Assembly (NCBI GenBank): GCA_043228905.1
Contig: JBHGNT010000015.1
Coordinates: 14,508,001 to 14,572,000 of the forward strand
Direction: 5' to 3'
DNA from: Azolla caroliniana
Taxonomy: Eukaryota; Plantae; Polypodiophyta
DNA: 64,000 nucleotides
Shown here: positions 1 through 9,351 of the stretch, in pieces
Numbering within the stretch: the first letter of the stretch is position 1
How the letters are laid out: each line of letters starts with the position of its first letter
The notes under the pieces: generated by a model
Database searches by the model: none
Told to the model about the DNA's origin: nothing
The model's input: the letters and a program-made list of their open reading frames with translations, nothing else
Made by a program: the position numbers and the translations under genes

Positions 1-272
1 ACGTCCTCGATTTCGCCGATGGTGTCATTAAATGATCCTTCTTCCATAATATGAGTCACGAACTCCTCTTCTTCTATTATGTTCTCTTCTTTCAGCATCT
101 TCTCGAATTCTTGTATCCGGTGCTTGTGCTTCTTGTCGGGTGGTACTAGTTTACATGCGCCACTAGGTGTGACACATGTTGCTTCTCCTCGCAATCCACG
201 CACTCTTCTTTCTTGTGGGGTCTTGTGATTGCTCGGACTATTTGTGCCCCATGCTTCAATAGTCCGCTCTAA
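1..272 (-). CDS. Start of pol ORF2 (partial), in the -1 frame relative to gag-PR
   Basis: The -1 frame after AAT TTT TAG is open for about 90 codons to the window edge (LERTIEAWGTNSP...EIED). No RT motif is visible inside the window. Confidence 0.6.
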
Positions 273-2464
273 AAATTCGAGGATTCGCCTCCGAGACTAT
301 CTCGATTCCTTTCATGATTGGCTCGCACCGTTAGGAATTGGACCGATCTTTGGTTGTCAAGACTCTTTATTCGTGCGAAGGCTGCTCCATTATCAAACAC
401 TTTGGTCTCCATCCGAGATGATGTGATATAAGGTTGCCCTAGGATGACAGGATGCGACGCCGATTCTTGTACGAAGAAGTGTTGATCCATCTCCACATCC
501 CCGATCGTGACTTTGACATTGGGACAAGCTCCGTACAAGTCCTCCGTAGACTTTGTTGCCGCGCGAATCTTCCATCCGTGGTTTGTATTGATTGGCCATC
601 TTCCCTTTTTGTAGAAGTCGGTTGACATGAGGTTGATCTCCGAGCCGTGGTCGATCAAGGCTACCACGGTCTCTTTCTTCTCCCCTATCTTCACCGGCGT
701 CTCCGTTGTCGCTCGTGCCCAATGAGGTCGAGTGTAGTGGCTGTCCACCATATCTTCATCGATTTCGTCTCTTGCCATCGTTATGGCATTCGTTTTTGCT
801 TTTTGCGGCTTCTCTTCTTCCTCGTCCGATTGTTGTCTCTTTCTCTTTACAAGGTCCACGATCGTGTCATGGAACTCCTTCGTAATGCCAAGCAATTCCC
901 TCAAGGACAAAGTTACGTGGCTATCAAGAACTCGTTCTTCGAGAATCTTCTTTAGGTCCGTCGTCTGCTCTATGTCCGACCTTAGCTTATAGGTAGGTAT
1001 GGTCCTTGTCCTCCGAGCGGGGTCTTCGACACCAACCTTTACGGGCCGAACCGTTTCTTCAACTCGTATGCTCGGCTCCCCTTTTCGGCTTGATTCTCGT
1101 TCCTCCGTTTGTAAAGGTCGACTCGTCTCCGCATCGTCCTTCTTTTTCGCGTTCCTTGTTTCATGTCTTTTTGATGGCCCTTGCTCTTCTATTCTCTTTC
1201 TCTTTTCTTCGACGAACACCTCATGGTTGTCGCACATCACCTCTGCGAGTATGGTGTTGTCGTCCACCGGATCCGACCACCCGGTTATGCTTTGAACGCT
1301 TCGGTCCGCAAGCTCTACCTCGTTCGATGTGATTTTTCCCTTCTTCTCATATTCAAGAACGGAAGTCCAAAACTTTGCTCCCGCTCTAGCAGCTTTAGTC
1401 TTGTCTTTCCCGACTCTTATTCCGGCCGACGCAGCATAGTGCATCACATCCACATGAGTCGCATCGGCATCCTCCATAGATCTCTTCATTCCTCCTCTTC
1501 CGAAATTCACCCGTAGGGGTCTTCTAGTCTCGCTTGAGCAGATCATGTTGTCCTCTATGTATACGATATTTTGTCGAATCGCCTCTCGAAGGCTCGCACA
1601 ATCCCTTCTCATGTGGTCCATGCTATCGCACCACACGCATCTAAAGGGTTCTTTTCCTTTAGGGCCCCGACGATTCATGTTGGCTTGAGTGACCTTCTCG
1701 AACTTCTTCGCTAGCTCTTCAATGATGTTGTCATCAATCTTCTTTTCTTCCACGTTACTTTGTCTTGGTGGCTCAGCTACTTTCGGCGGTCTTGCTTTCT
1801 CCGTGGTAGTCGGTCCCGTCAAGTCGGAGTCATCAACCCATTGGCGACGCTTGTCGAGCCTATTGCATGCCCGCTTCACCGCGATCCAGTCCGCTACGAG
1901 CCCATTTGCTTGGGTATCATCTTCGAGAAGAGTCCCCAACTCCCGTCTATCCTTTATGTCCACGGCCTTCAAGAAGTACAAAGTCTTGTCCTCTTCAAGC
2001 AATACTTGGTCCGTATTGGGGAGACGACTAAACATCTGGTCGAATTCGTCGTACACCCTCGAGACGCTCATCTTCTTATTCTTCTTCTCTATCCACTTCA
2101 TCAGGGCATGTCGAGTCATCCTCGTTGAGTCTTCAGTCACGAACTCCGCTAGTATCGTTTTCTTGAACTCGGACCATGTTGTCTTTCCTTCTTGAAGCTC
2201 GATGACGCGTCTTTGGATGTTGTTGGCGACAACTCTCTTGAAGCTTGCGATTTGACGTGCCTCGGACACGTCCCTTTGATTCATCTCCCTCTTATATGCA
2301 TCAAGGAACTTCGTAACGTTCCTTCCATCGAATTGGCCCTCGAGCTCTACGACACGATCGACAGCCTTCTCCACGCTCGCGTCGTTGTCCCGAGATCTCA
2401 TCATTTGCTCGACGATTAGCATCATCCTTTCGAGCTCTCCTGCTTGGTTGCTTGAGGACGCCAT
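269..2464 (-). CDS. Gag-protease polyprotein (ORF1) of the Ty3/gypsy element
   Basis: Uninterrupted ORF; first ATG at 2464 (the ORF-track start at 2470 is TTG). CCHC knuckle CVWCDSMDHMRRDC, retropepsin-like ALIDHGSEIN and ILGQP motifs. Confidence 0.88.
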   Translation of the reverse strand: MASSSNQAGELERMMLIVEQMMRSRDNDASVEKAVDRVVELEGQFDGRNVTKFLDAYKREMNQRDVSEARQIASFKRVVANNIQRRVIELQEGKTTWSEFKKTILAEFVTEDSTRMTRHALMKWIEKKNKKMSVSRVYDEFDQMFSRLPNTDQVLLEEDKTLYFLKAVDIKDRRELGTLLEDDTQANGLVADWIAVKRACNRLDKRRQWVDDSDLTGPTTTEKARPPKVAEPPRQSNVEEKKIDDNIIEELAKKFEKVTQANMNRRGPKGKEPFRCVWCDSMDHMRRDCASLREAIRQNIVYIEDNMICSSETRRPLRVNFGRGGMKRSMEDADATHVDVMHYAASAGIRVGKDKTKAARAGAKFWTSVLEYEKKGKITSNEVELADRSVQSITGWSDPVDDNTILAEVMCDNHEVFVEEKRKRIEEQGPSKRHETRNAKKKDDAETSRPLQTEERESSRKGEPSIRVEETVRPVKVGVEDPARRTRTIPTYKLRSDIEQTTDLKKILEERVLDSHVTLSLRELLGITKEFHDTIVDLVKRKRQQSDEEEEKPQKAKTNAITMARDEIDEDMVDSHYTRPHWARATTETPVKIGEKKETVVALIDHGSEINLMSTDFYKKGRWPINTNHGWKIRAATKSTEDLYGACPNVKVTIGDVEMDQHFFVQESASHPVILGQPYITSSRMETKVFDNGAAFARIKSLDNQRSVQFLTVRANHERNRDSLGGESSNF

Positions 2465-2505
2465 CTCCAAGTATTAATCTCGACTTGATCCTTCCTACCG
2501 CCTCC

Positions 2506-2523
2506 TTCACGTCGGGTTCACCA
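2506..2523 (-). promoter_or_regulatory. Primer-binding site complementary to the 3' end of tRNA-Trp
   Basis: + strand TTCACGTCGGGTTCACCA matches the plant cytosolic tRNA-Trp 3' end including CCA; 8 nt from the LTR edge. Confidence 0.85.
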
Positions 2524-2531
2524 CTTAATTA

Positions 2532-3508
2532 TGTCGTGAAGATCCGTCACTACGCGCGGATCGTGAGGCGGAACCGCCGGGGTTCTGGACCAGAAGGATT
2601 TAGAGTCGATACAAGCTTTGGCGAGAAAGTACTTAAGATAGATTGGGAAAGAGAGAAGATGAGATTACACAATTGATTTGAAAACGAATTTCTTCCTCTT
2701 AATTTTCATAAAAAAAACCGTGTTTTTCTCCTCCCCCTTCCCTCTTTTATAGATGCTCTCATGCATATGATGCATGTGAGGGTACAAGACATGCATAAAT
2801 TGCATGTTTGCCATTTGGCACTTAAGTATTACATGTGGTACATGCTAACCATGTCACTCATTTTAGCTCTCATGGATGAGAATTTACATGTAAAAGTACA
2901 ATGATAGAAATATAATTTCAATTAAATACCATGGCTTAATGGTAAGCCATTTGACTCCTAACTTGGAGGTGCAAGGTTCGAATCTATACTTGCCCTCCTT
3001 GTATATGTAAATATGTATATATTTTTATATATTTATTTTATCTAGTCGCCGGTTCGCCGGATGCCGGTGCCGACGCCGGATACCGACGCCGACGCCGGAT
3101 TGCCGTCGGATCACCGGCTCCATCGCCGGTCCGGTTTTGGTTGGCCAAAACCCTTTTCGAGTAGCTAGCCACCTCCACTCTAAGTTCAAGTTACCTTGAA
3201 CTCTCTATGCTCCACACATAGACACAAAGATAATATCTTTTGCTCCACCTTATATATGATGAGAGCCGTATTTGTCGTGCCTATATGGGATATCTCATCA
3301 TTTTCTCTTTTCTTTTCACAAACTTTATACCCTCATATCTTGACATTTAGTTGTCTATTTCTCGTGTAATAAAGTGCATTCAAAACCTCCATCATTTTGT
3401 ACTTAGATATTAAAAATGTTATCTTCACAATTATTGTATTACGTGATTCATACTCGATTTTGTACGTTTTATGGGATTTTCACACTATTGCCGAAAATCT
3501 TCACGACA
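2532..3508 (-). repeat. 5' LTR (977 bp) of the Trp-primed Ty3/gypsy
   Basis: 11-bp terminal inverted repeat TGTCGTGAAGA...TCTTCACGACA; minus-strand TATA near 2750. Confidence 0.9.
2925..2996 (+). promoter_or_regulatory. tRNA-like Pol III A-box/B-box cassette inside LTR U3, antisense to the element
   Basis: TGGCTTAATGG at 2932 and GGTTCGAATC at 2975, 43 nt apart as in tRNA genes. No proper acceptor or anticodon stem. Confidence 0.7.
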
Positions 3509-6209
3509 CCGCGGATTGAATAAAGTCACCATCCGGAATAGGTATGCACTTCCTCTTATATCAAGTCTTTTAGAGCGAGTTAATGGTGCCAAGTTTTTTA
3601 CTAAAATCGACCTACGAGGAGCGTATAATCTCGTGCGGATCCGACCGAGAGATGAGTGGAAGACCGCCTTTCGCACGCGGTATGGGCATTTCGAGTATAC
3701 TGTTATGCCGTTTGGCCTAATCAATGCACCCGCAGTCTTCCAACACATGGCAAATGATATATTCAGAGACCTCTTGGATATCTGTTTGATCATTTATCTG
3801 GATGATCTGTTGATTTATTCGAAGACCCAGGAAGAGCACGATTCTCATGTACTATTAGTACTAAAGCGACTCCGCGAGAATGGTCTTTATGCCAAGCTAG
3901 AAAAATGTAGCTTTGACTGCAAGCAAGTGGAATTTCTAGGCTACGTCATCTCCTCAAAGGGCATCGCCATGGATCCAGCTAAAATCCAAACTGTACTAGA
4001 GTGGCAAATTCCACGGTCGGTACGAGATGTACAATGTTTTCTAGGTTTTGCTAACTTCTATTGTAAGTTTATACAGGATTACTCGAAGATTATTTTACCT
4101 CTCACACAACTTACGAAGAAGGGCCAAGCATTTCTTTGGTCCATAGAAGCAGATATGGCTTTTCGGCATCTTAAGAAAGCCTTTACATCAGCACCGATTC
4201 TAGCTCATGTGGATACAAGCAAACCATTCATCATGGAGGCCGACGCATCAGATTTCGCCCTCGGTAGCATCCTTTCTCAACAAGGCGATAAAGAAGAGTT
4301 GCATCCGGTGGTTTTCCATTCGCGCAAATTCGATGTCACAGAAATCAACTACGAAATACATGACAAGGAGTTATTAGCCATCGTGGATTCATTTGTACAA
4401 TGGCGGCATTTCTTGGAGGGCTCTCCACATCAGGTCATTGTCTTTAGCGATCATAAAAATCTTGCTTATTTTCAGAACGCTTGCGTACTAAATCGACGGC
4501 AAGCTCGGTGGGCGCAATTCCTCGCACGTTTCGACTTCAAAATCACATATCGACTAGGGAAGCAGCAAGGAAAAGCAGATGCACTATCGCGGCGTTCATA
4601 TCTTGCACCTCGTCCTGGTGATCCAACATTTGATAATCAAAAGCAAGTAATCTTGGGACCAACACGATTGCACACGACGCGGATTTTTCACACCCCAATG
4701 GATTCACGGATTACCGATGACGTACGTGCAACCTTGAAGACGGATAGTTTTGCTCAAGACATCCTGGCGCACATTGATACTTCTCGGGCATCCTGTTCTC
4801 AGTCTCAACAACCAGGTATGGACTACCGACAATTCAAATATCATGATGGTTTGTTATTCTTTAAAAAGCGCGTATATGTCCCCGATTGCTCCTGTTGCCT
4901 TCAAATCGTCCAACATTGTCACGACACCCATACAACGAGACATTTCGGTAGTACTAAGACGTTGGAGCTAGTGCAGCGATCTTTTTGGTGGCCCCACATG
5001 CGCCGTTTTGTCGACGACTACGTTCAGACCTGTGATGGTTGCTGCCGAGCAAAGATGCCACGACACCATCCATATGGCTTGTTGGAACCTTTACCGATTC
5101 CAAGTAAGCCATGGCAGTCTATTTGTCTTGATTTTATCACAGATCTGCCGGTCTCGAAGGGGTTTGATGCTATCCTGACCGTCGTCGATCGATATACGAA
5201 GATGGCACATTTTGTGCCATGTACTAAAGCCATCACTAGCGAGGAAACCGCCGCTCTTGTTATGCGTGAGGTATTTCGGCATCATGGCCTCCCAGACAGT
5301 ATTATCAGTGATCGAGGCCCGCAATTTGTCTCCAAATTTTGGCAGCATCTCTTCAAGATGCTCAAGGTCTCCTGCAACCTCTCCTCCGGCTACCATCCTC
5401 AGACCGACGGACAGGCGGAACGAACAAACCAAACGTTGGAGCAATATCTCCGGTGTTTCCTGAGTTATCAACAGGACGATTGGGCCGAGATTCTCCACTT
5501 TGTAGAGTTTGCGTATAATAATGCTATTCACTCCTCGACTCGGGTCTCCCCATTTTTTGCTTATACCGGTTTCCATCCTCGTTGGTCGGTGATCGACACT
5601 CCGGAGCTACCTACCAACCCTCGTGTCGAGGATCATTTGGAGAGGCTACGCAAGATCCAGATGGATCTCTCTACTCACCTTCGTCATGCTCAACACACAC
5701 AGAAGACTTATGCAGATCGTCATCGGATTCCCTCCTCTTTTGCCATCTGAGATCGAGTATGGCTCTTATGTCGTCACATCAAGACTACTCGACCGTGCGA
5801 CAAGTTGGATTATCGACGACTCGGTCCTTTCCGTATTACGGGGAAGATTAATGATGTCACCTTCCGCCTTGATCTCCCTCCGCAGCTTCAGATACATCCG
5901 GTTTTCCATTGTTCTCTTCTTGAACCTTATAAAGCAAACACCATTCCCGATCGTGTGACACCGTCGCCGCCCCCGCTGGAGTTGGACGCTGGCCTGGAGT
6001 ATGAAGTTGCTGCCATCCTCGATTCCAAACTTGTTCGCAACAAACTTTATTACTTGGTCGATTGGCTCGGTTATAGTCCGAGCGAACGTACTTGGGAACC
6101 CGTCGAGCATGTTGCCAATGCACAAGATCTTCTTGCTGATTTCCACCGAAAGTATCCGGACAAACCCGGTCCGCAATTAGCGCCGACTCGTTCCACTCGT
6201 CGTCTTTAA
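3509..6209 (+). pseudogene. pol (RT, RNase H, integrase, chromodomain), disrupted by the nested insertion and one in-frame TGA at 5748-5750
   Basis: YLDD, DAS, HHCC, DRG, GQAER, GPF and chromodomain YEVAAILDS...YLVDWLGY...TWEP motifs. ORFs 3471-5750 and 5805-6209 share a frame. Confidence 0.9.
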
Positions 6210-6230
6210 GGGGGAGATAGTGTCATGATA

Positions 6231-6292
6231 TGGCAAGACTCGAACCCATGACCTTATGCTACATGGGTCGAGCTCTTACCATTAGACTATGA
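6231..6292 (-). promoter_or_regulatory. tRNA-like A-box/B-box cassette in Tcn1 LTR U3, antisense
   Basis: Minus strand TAGTCTAATGG ... GGTTCGAGTC, 43-nt spacing, followed by TTGCCA. Confidence 0.68.
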
Positions 6293-6364
6293 ATTGTATT
6301 TTGTAGGATATTATTTTCATTTATGCTTTATCATAGAAAATTGATGTATATTCCAGATCTCTCT

Positions 6365-6384
6365 GGAACATTCTAGAAGCTTCA
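6365..6384. promoter_or_regulatory. Heat-shock element (4 units) about 20 bp upstream of the LTR TATA
   Basis: gGAAcaTTCtaGAAgcTTCa fits the nGAAnnTTCnnGAAnnTTCn consensus exactly. Confidence 0.6.
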
Positions 6385-7511
6385 GGATTATTCCTAAAAA
6401 CACTATAAAAGGAGGCACAAGGCATTGTTTTGAACCAAATTGGTTCAACACCAGTCTTAAGCCTCTTAGCCGATTTGTACTTATCTTTCATATAATATAA
6501 GAGTTGTTGTCATCATCCTATTTCTCTCTCTCTCCTCTTCTCACTTCCTCTCTCTCGGGAATCTTACGCAGTCCCGTCCTCTTAGTACTAATAGTACTAC
6601 TCTTCTTAGTACTAATTCCATCTTTGCTTTAGTACTATTCCCGACACATATCACCCTCAATGCCCTTGGAAGGAAATACACCACAGAGAGTATGGATTGG
6701 TAAAGACGTGTCTTACTGACATCTGAAGGTGTTCGGTTGTCTCGCCTACGTGCATGTAGCAAAGGACAAGAGAGCGAAATTGGACCCGAAGTCCCGGCCA
6801 TGCATATTCCTTAGATACGGTGATGATGAGTTTGGCTACTGAGTGTGGGATTTGGTCGACAAGAAGGTCTTCTGGAGTCTAGACATAGTCTCCATGAAAG
6901 ACAAAACCACTGTCGACTGGGAGTCGGAGAAGAAGACAATGGATTCCTGGTCAACCGATAGAGATCAGTTCAAGGATATAAGGACCCATCCGACCGGAAG
7001 CCGGATGACACTAGATGAACCGACTAGTTCCGGACAAGGAACTGAATCGACCAAAGAAGATCCGGACACCAAAACTGGACAAGATCCCGAACCAGATTCG
7101 GATGAAGAATCGACTGAAGAATCAATGGTTGAAAACTAGGGACGAAGATATCCTCTAAGGGAGAGAAGAGCCCCCTGGAGATTTCTAGATGCAAAGCATG
7201 TTTTACTGCCCGACGGTGGGGGGGCCGGAAAGCTTCGAGGAAGCAAAGAGGGACACCCATAGCCGCAAGTGGTTAAGTGTCATGCAAGATGAGATGGATT
7301 CCCTGTATGAGAACCACAAATATGAACTCATGGAGCTGCCGAAAGGAAAAAGAGCTCTGTAGAACAAGTGGGTGTACAAGTTAAAACTGGGAGATGCCGG
7401 AAATCCACCAAGATACAAAGCTTGGATCATGGTGAAGGGGCTCCAACATAAGAAAGGAGTGGATTTCGACGATATCTTTGCCCCGGTAGTCAAGATGACA
7501 TCCATCTGAAC

Positions 7512-8039
7512 TGTTGGGAAACAAGTCCCTCTAGATGGGATCCGAATGAGAACCAGAGGAGCCAGATCGGACTAGTCGAGGGAAGGAACCGAATTGGATG
7601 GGTCCATAAGGTATCCAGAAGGTCAAGACGGATCCGGTATGAACCAGCAAGTACGAACATATTTGTACATATGTTCAGACATGACTGTTGAGGTCATATT
7701 TGTAAATAGCCCATAAGTTATATGAGTATAAATATAACTAGGGCAAATAGTGTTATACACAAGTTGTTATTATTATTGTTGTACAAAGATAGAGAGAGAT
7801 ATATACAGAAAACTTTTTTGTTGTAACCGCTAGTTGGTGAAGACAGAGCTCGAGGTCATTGCCTCCCGTGTCTCCCATTGTATCATTCCTCTCATAGTGA
7901 TTGTCAAAGTCTGTGGGCTCCCGTGGTTTTTCCCTTTTAGGGTTTTCCATGTTAACATCTTGTGTTGTCTCATTTCTGTTTTCTGTTTCTTCCATTGAGT
8001 GATTCAGACTCAGTTGAGGCCGAGCACCATTTCCTCACA
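7512..8039 (+). mobile_element. Solo LTR of the copia-A family
   Basis: TGTTGGGAAAC...TTCCTCACA, homologous to LTRs 34932-35455 and 53855-54390. Degenerate TSD TGAAC/CGGAC; splits host RT. Confidence 0.85.
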
Positions 8040-8691
8040 CGGACAGTGTTGAGCATAGCGGCAAACATGAACCTCAAGGTCGAGCAACTGGACATCAAGA
8101 TGGCGTTCCTACACGATGACCTCGAGGAAGAGATCTACATGTGGCAGCCAGAGGGATTTGTCGAGAAAGGGAAGGAGAACCTGGTGTGATGGTTGAAGAT
8201 GAGCTTATACGGACTGAAACAAGGCCCCCGACAATGGTACCGGAAGTTTGACTCCTTCATGACCAATCAGGGATACCACAAGACACAGGCCGACCATTGC
8301 GTATTCGTGAAGAAGTTTCACGAAGGAGACTTCATGATATTGTTGTTGTACGTGGATGACATGTTGATCGTCAGTCGAGACCGTAGCAAAATCAGGATGG
8401 TGAAGAAAGCCTTGAGCCAGTCATTCGCAATGAAAGATATGGGTCCGACGAAGCAAATTATGGGGATGCACATAATCCGGGATCAGACGAAGAAACAATT
8501 GCGGTTGTCACAAAAGAAGTACGTGTCAAAGGTGCTTAAAAGGTGAACAACATGTCAGATGCTAAGCCGATCGGATCGACACTTCCGGCAAATTGCAAGC
8601 TGTCCGGGAAACAGAGCCCAAAGACGAAGGCAGAGAAGTCAAAAATGATGAAGATATCGTATGCCTCTGGAGTCGGAAGCCTCGTGTAAGT

Positions 8692-9351
8692 TGTCACGAA
8701 GATGTGCGTGTGTGCGTGCTTCGCTTGAGCGGGACCACTAGGATCTCGGACCGGCGAGGACGTTCGCGAACTTGTCAAAAAGATGATGATGTGGATTGGA
8801 GTCGAGGAAACCAATGTCACGTTTGAAAAGATTGAAAGATTGATGATTATAAGAAGAACAATAAGAAGTATATTAATATTGATCGAAGGTAAAAGAAGAA
8901 GAACAATAAGAAGTATATTTATAAGAAGAATTTTATATTGATGGTGATATCACCTATTGACCCCCCCCCCCCCCCCCCCCTTTACACAAGCCCTACTAGG
9001 GTTTGTATAGCTCTCTTCATGTGCAAAACCATGGTTTTGCTTGTGACATGCACAAAACCATGGGCTAAAAACCATGGTTTTGTATGGTTGTTTCGTATGG
9101 AATTCCAAATATGATAAGGAAATATACAAAAACTAAAGCACTCAATAGTAGCTCTAGTGGTAAGTTAATTGTTTCTTATCTTGGAGGTGTAAGGTTCATA
9201 TCCTACTTGCACCTCTCTGTATGCACTCAATGTCATTAGGCCTTAGGATTATTTATTATTGATTTCTTTTCGTTTTTACAAGTATTTGTGAAATGTGTGT
9301 GTATCCTCACTTTTTAACTTTTTCTCGCACTAAACACATCACACCACAACA
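8692..9351 (-). mobile_element. Solo LTR related to the Trp-primed gypsy LTR
   Basis: TGTCACGAAGA...ACAACA; interrupts host GSL.Y|AMVCT. Shares the tRNA-like cassette (about 9145-9212); C20 run at 8961-8980. TSD unclear. Confidence 0.7.

Larger units (their letters stand above)
1..3508 (-). mobile_element. Non-chromoviral Ty3/gypsy LTR retrotransposon (tRNA-Trp primed, possibly Phygy-like); 5' part only, runs off the window start; inserted into the RT of a Tcn1-like element
   Basis: 5' LTR 2532-3508, PBS 2506-2523, intact gag-protease ORF and open pol frame to position 1. Host RT sequence (..RGLNKVTIRNRY) resumes at 3509. Confidence 0.9.
3509..6646 (+). mobile_element. Tcn1-like chromovirus (Ty3/gypsy), 3' part
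   Basis: RT-RH-IN-chromodomain order, PPT AAGGGGGAGATAG at 6208-6220, LTR 6221-6646. Host copia sequence resumes at 6647. Confidence 0.92.
6221..6646 (+). repeat. 3' LTR (426 bp) of the Tcn1-like element
   Basis: TGTC...GACA ends, TATA at 6404, homologous to LTR 30883-31310. Confidence 0.88.

Noticed and set aside
647-2419. Plus-strand ORFs overlapping gag, and similar antisense ORFs over other TEs
   Set aside because: Shadow ORFs with no recognisable motifs.
2925-2996. Functional tRNA genes (also at 6231, 9145, 30903)
   Set aside because: A/B boxes are present but acceptor and anticodon stems do not pair; reported as tRNA-like cassettes instead.
3471-3508. ATG at 3471 as the start of a 759-aa gene
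   Set aside because: The first 12-13 codons come from the nested LTR; the ORF is a chance fusion to an interrupted pol.
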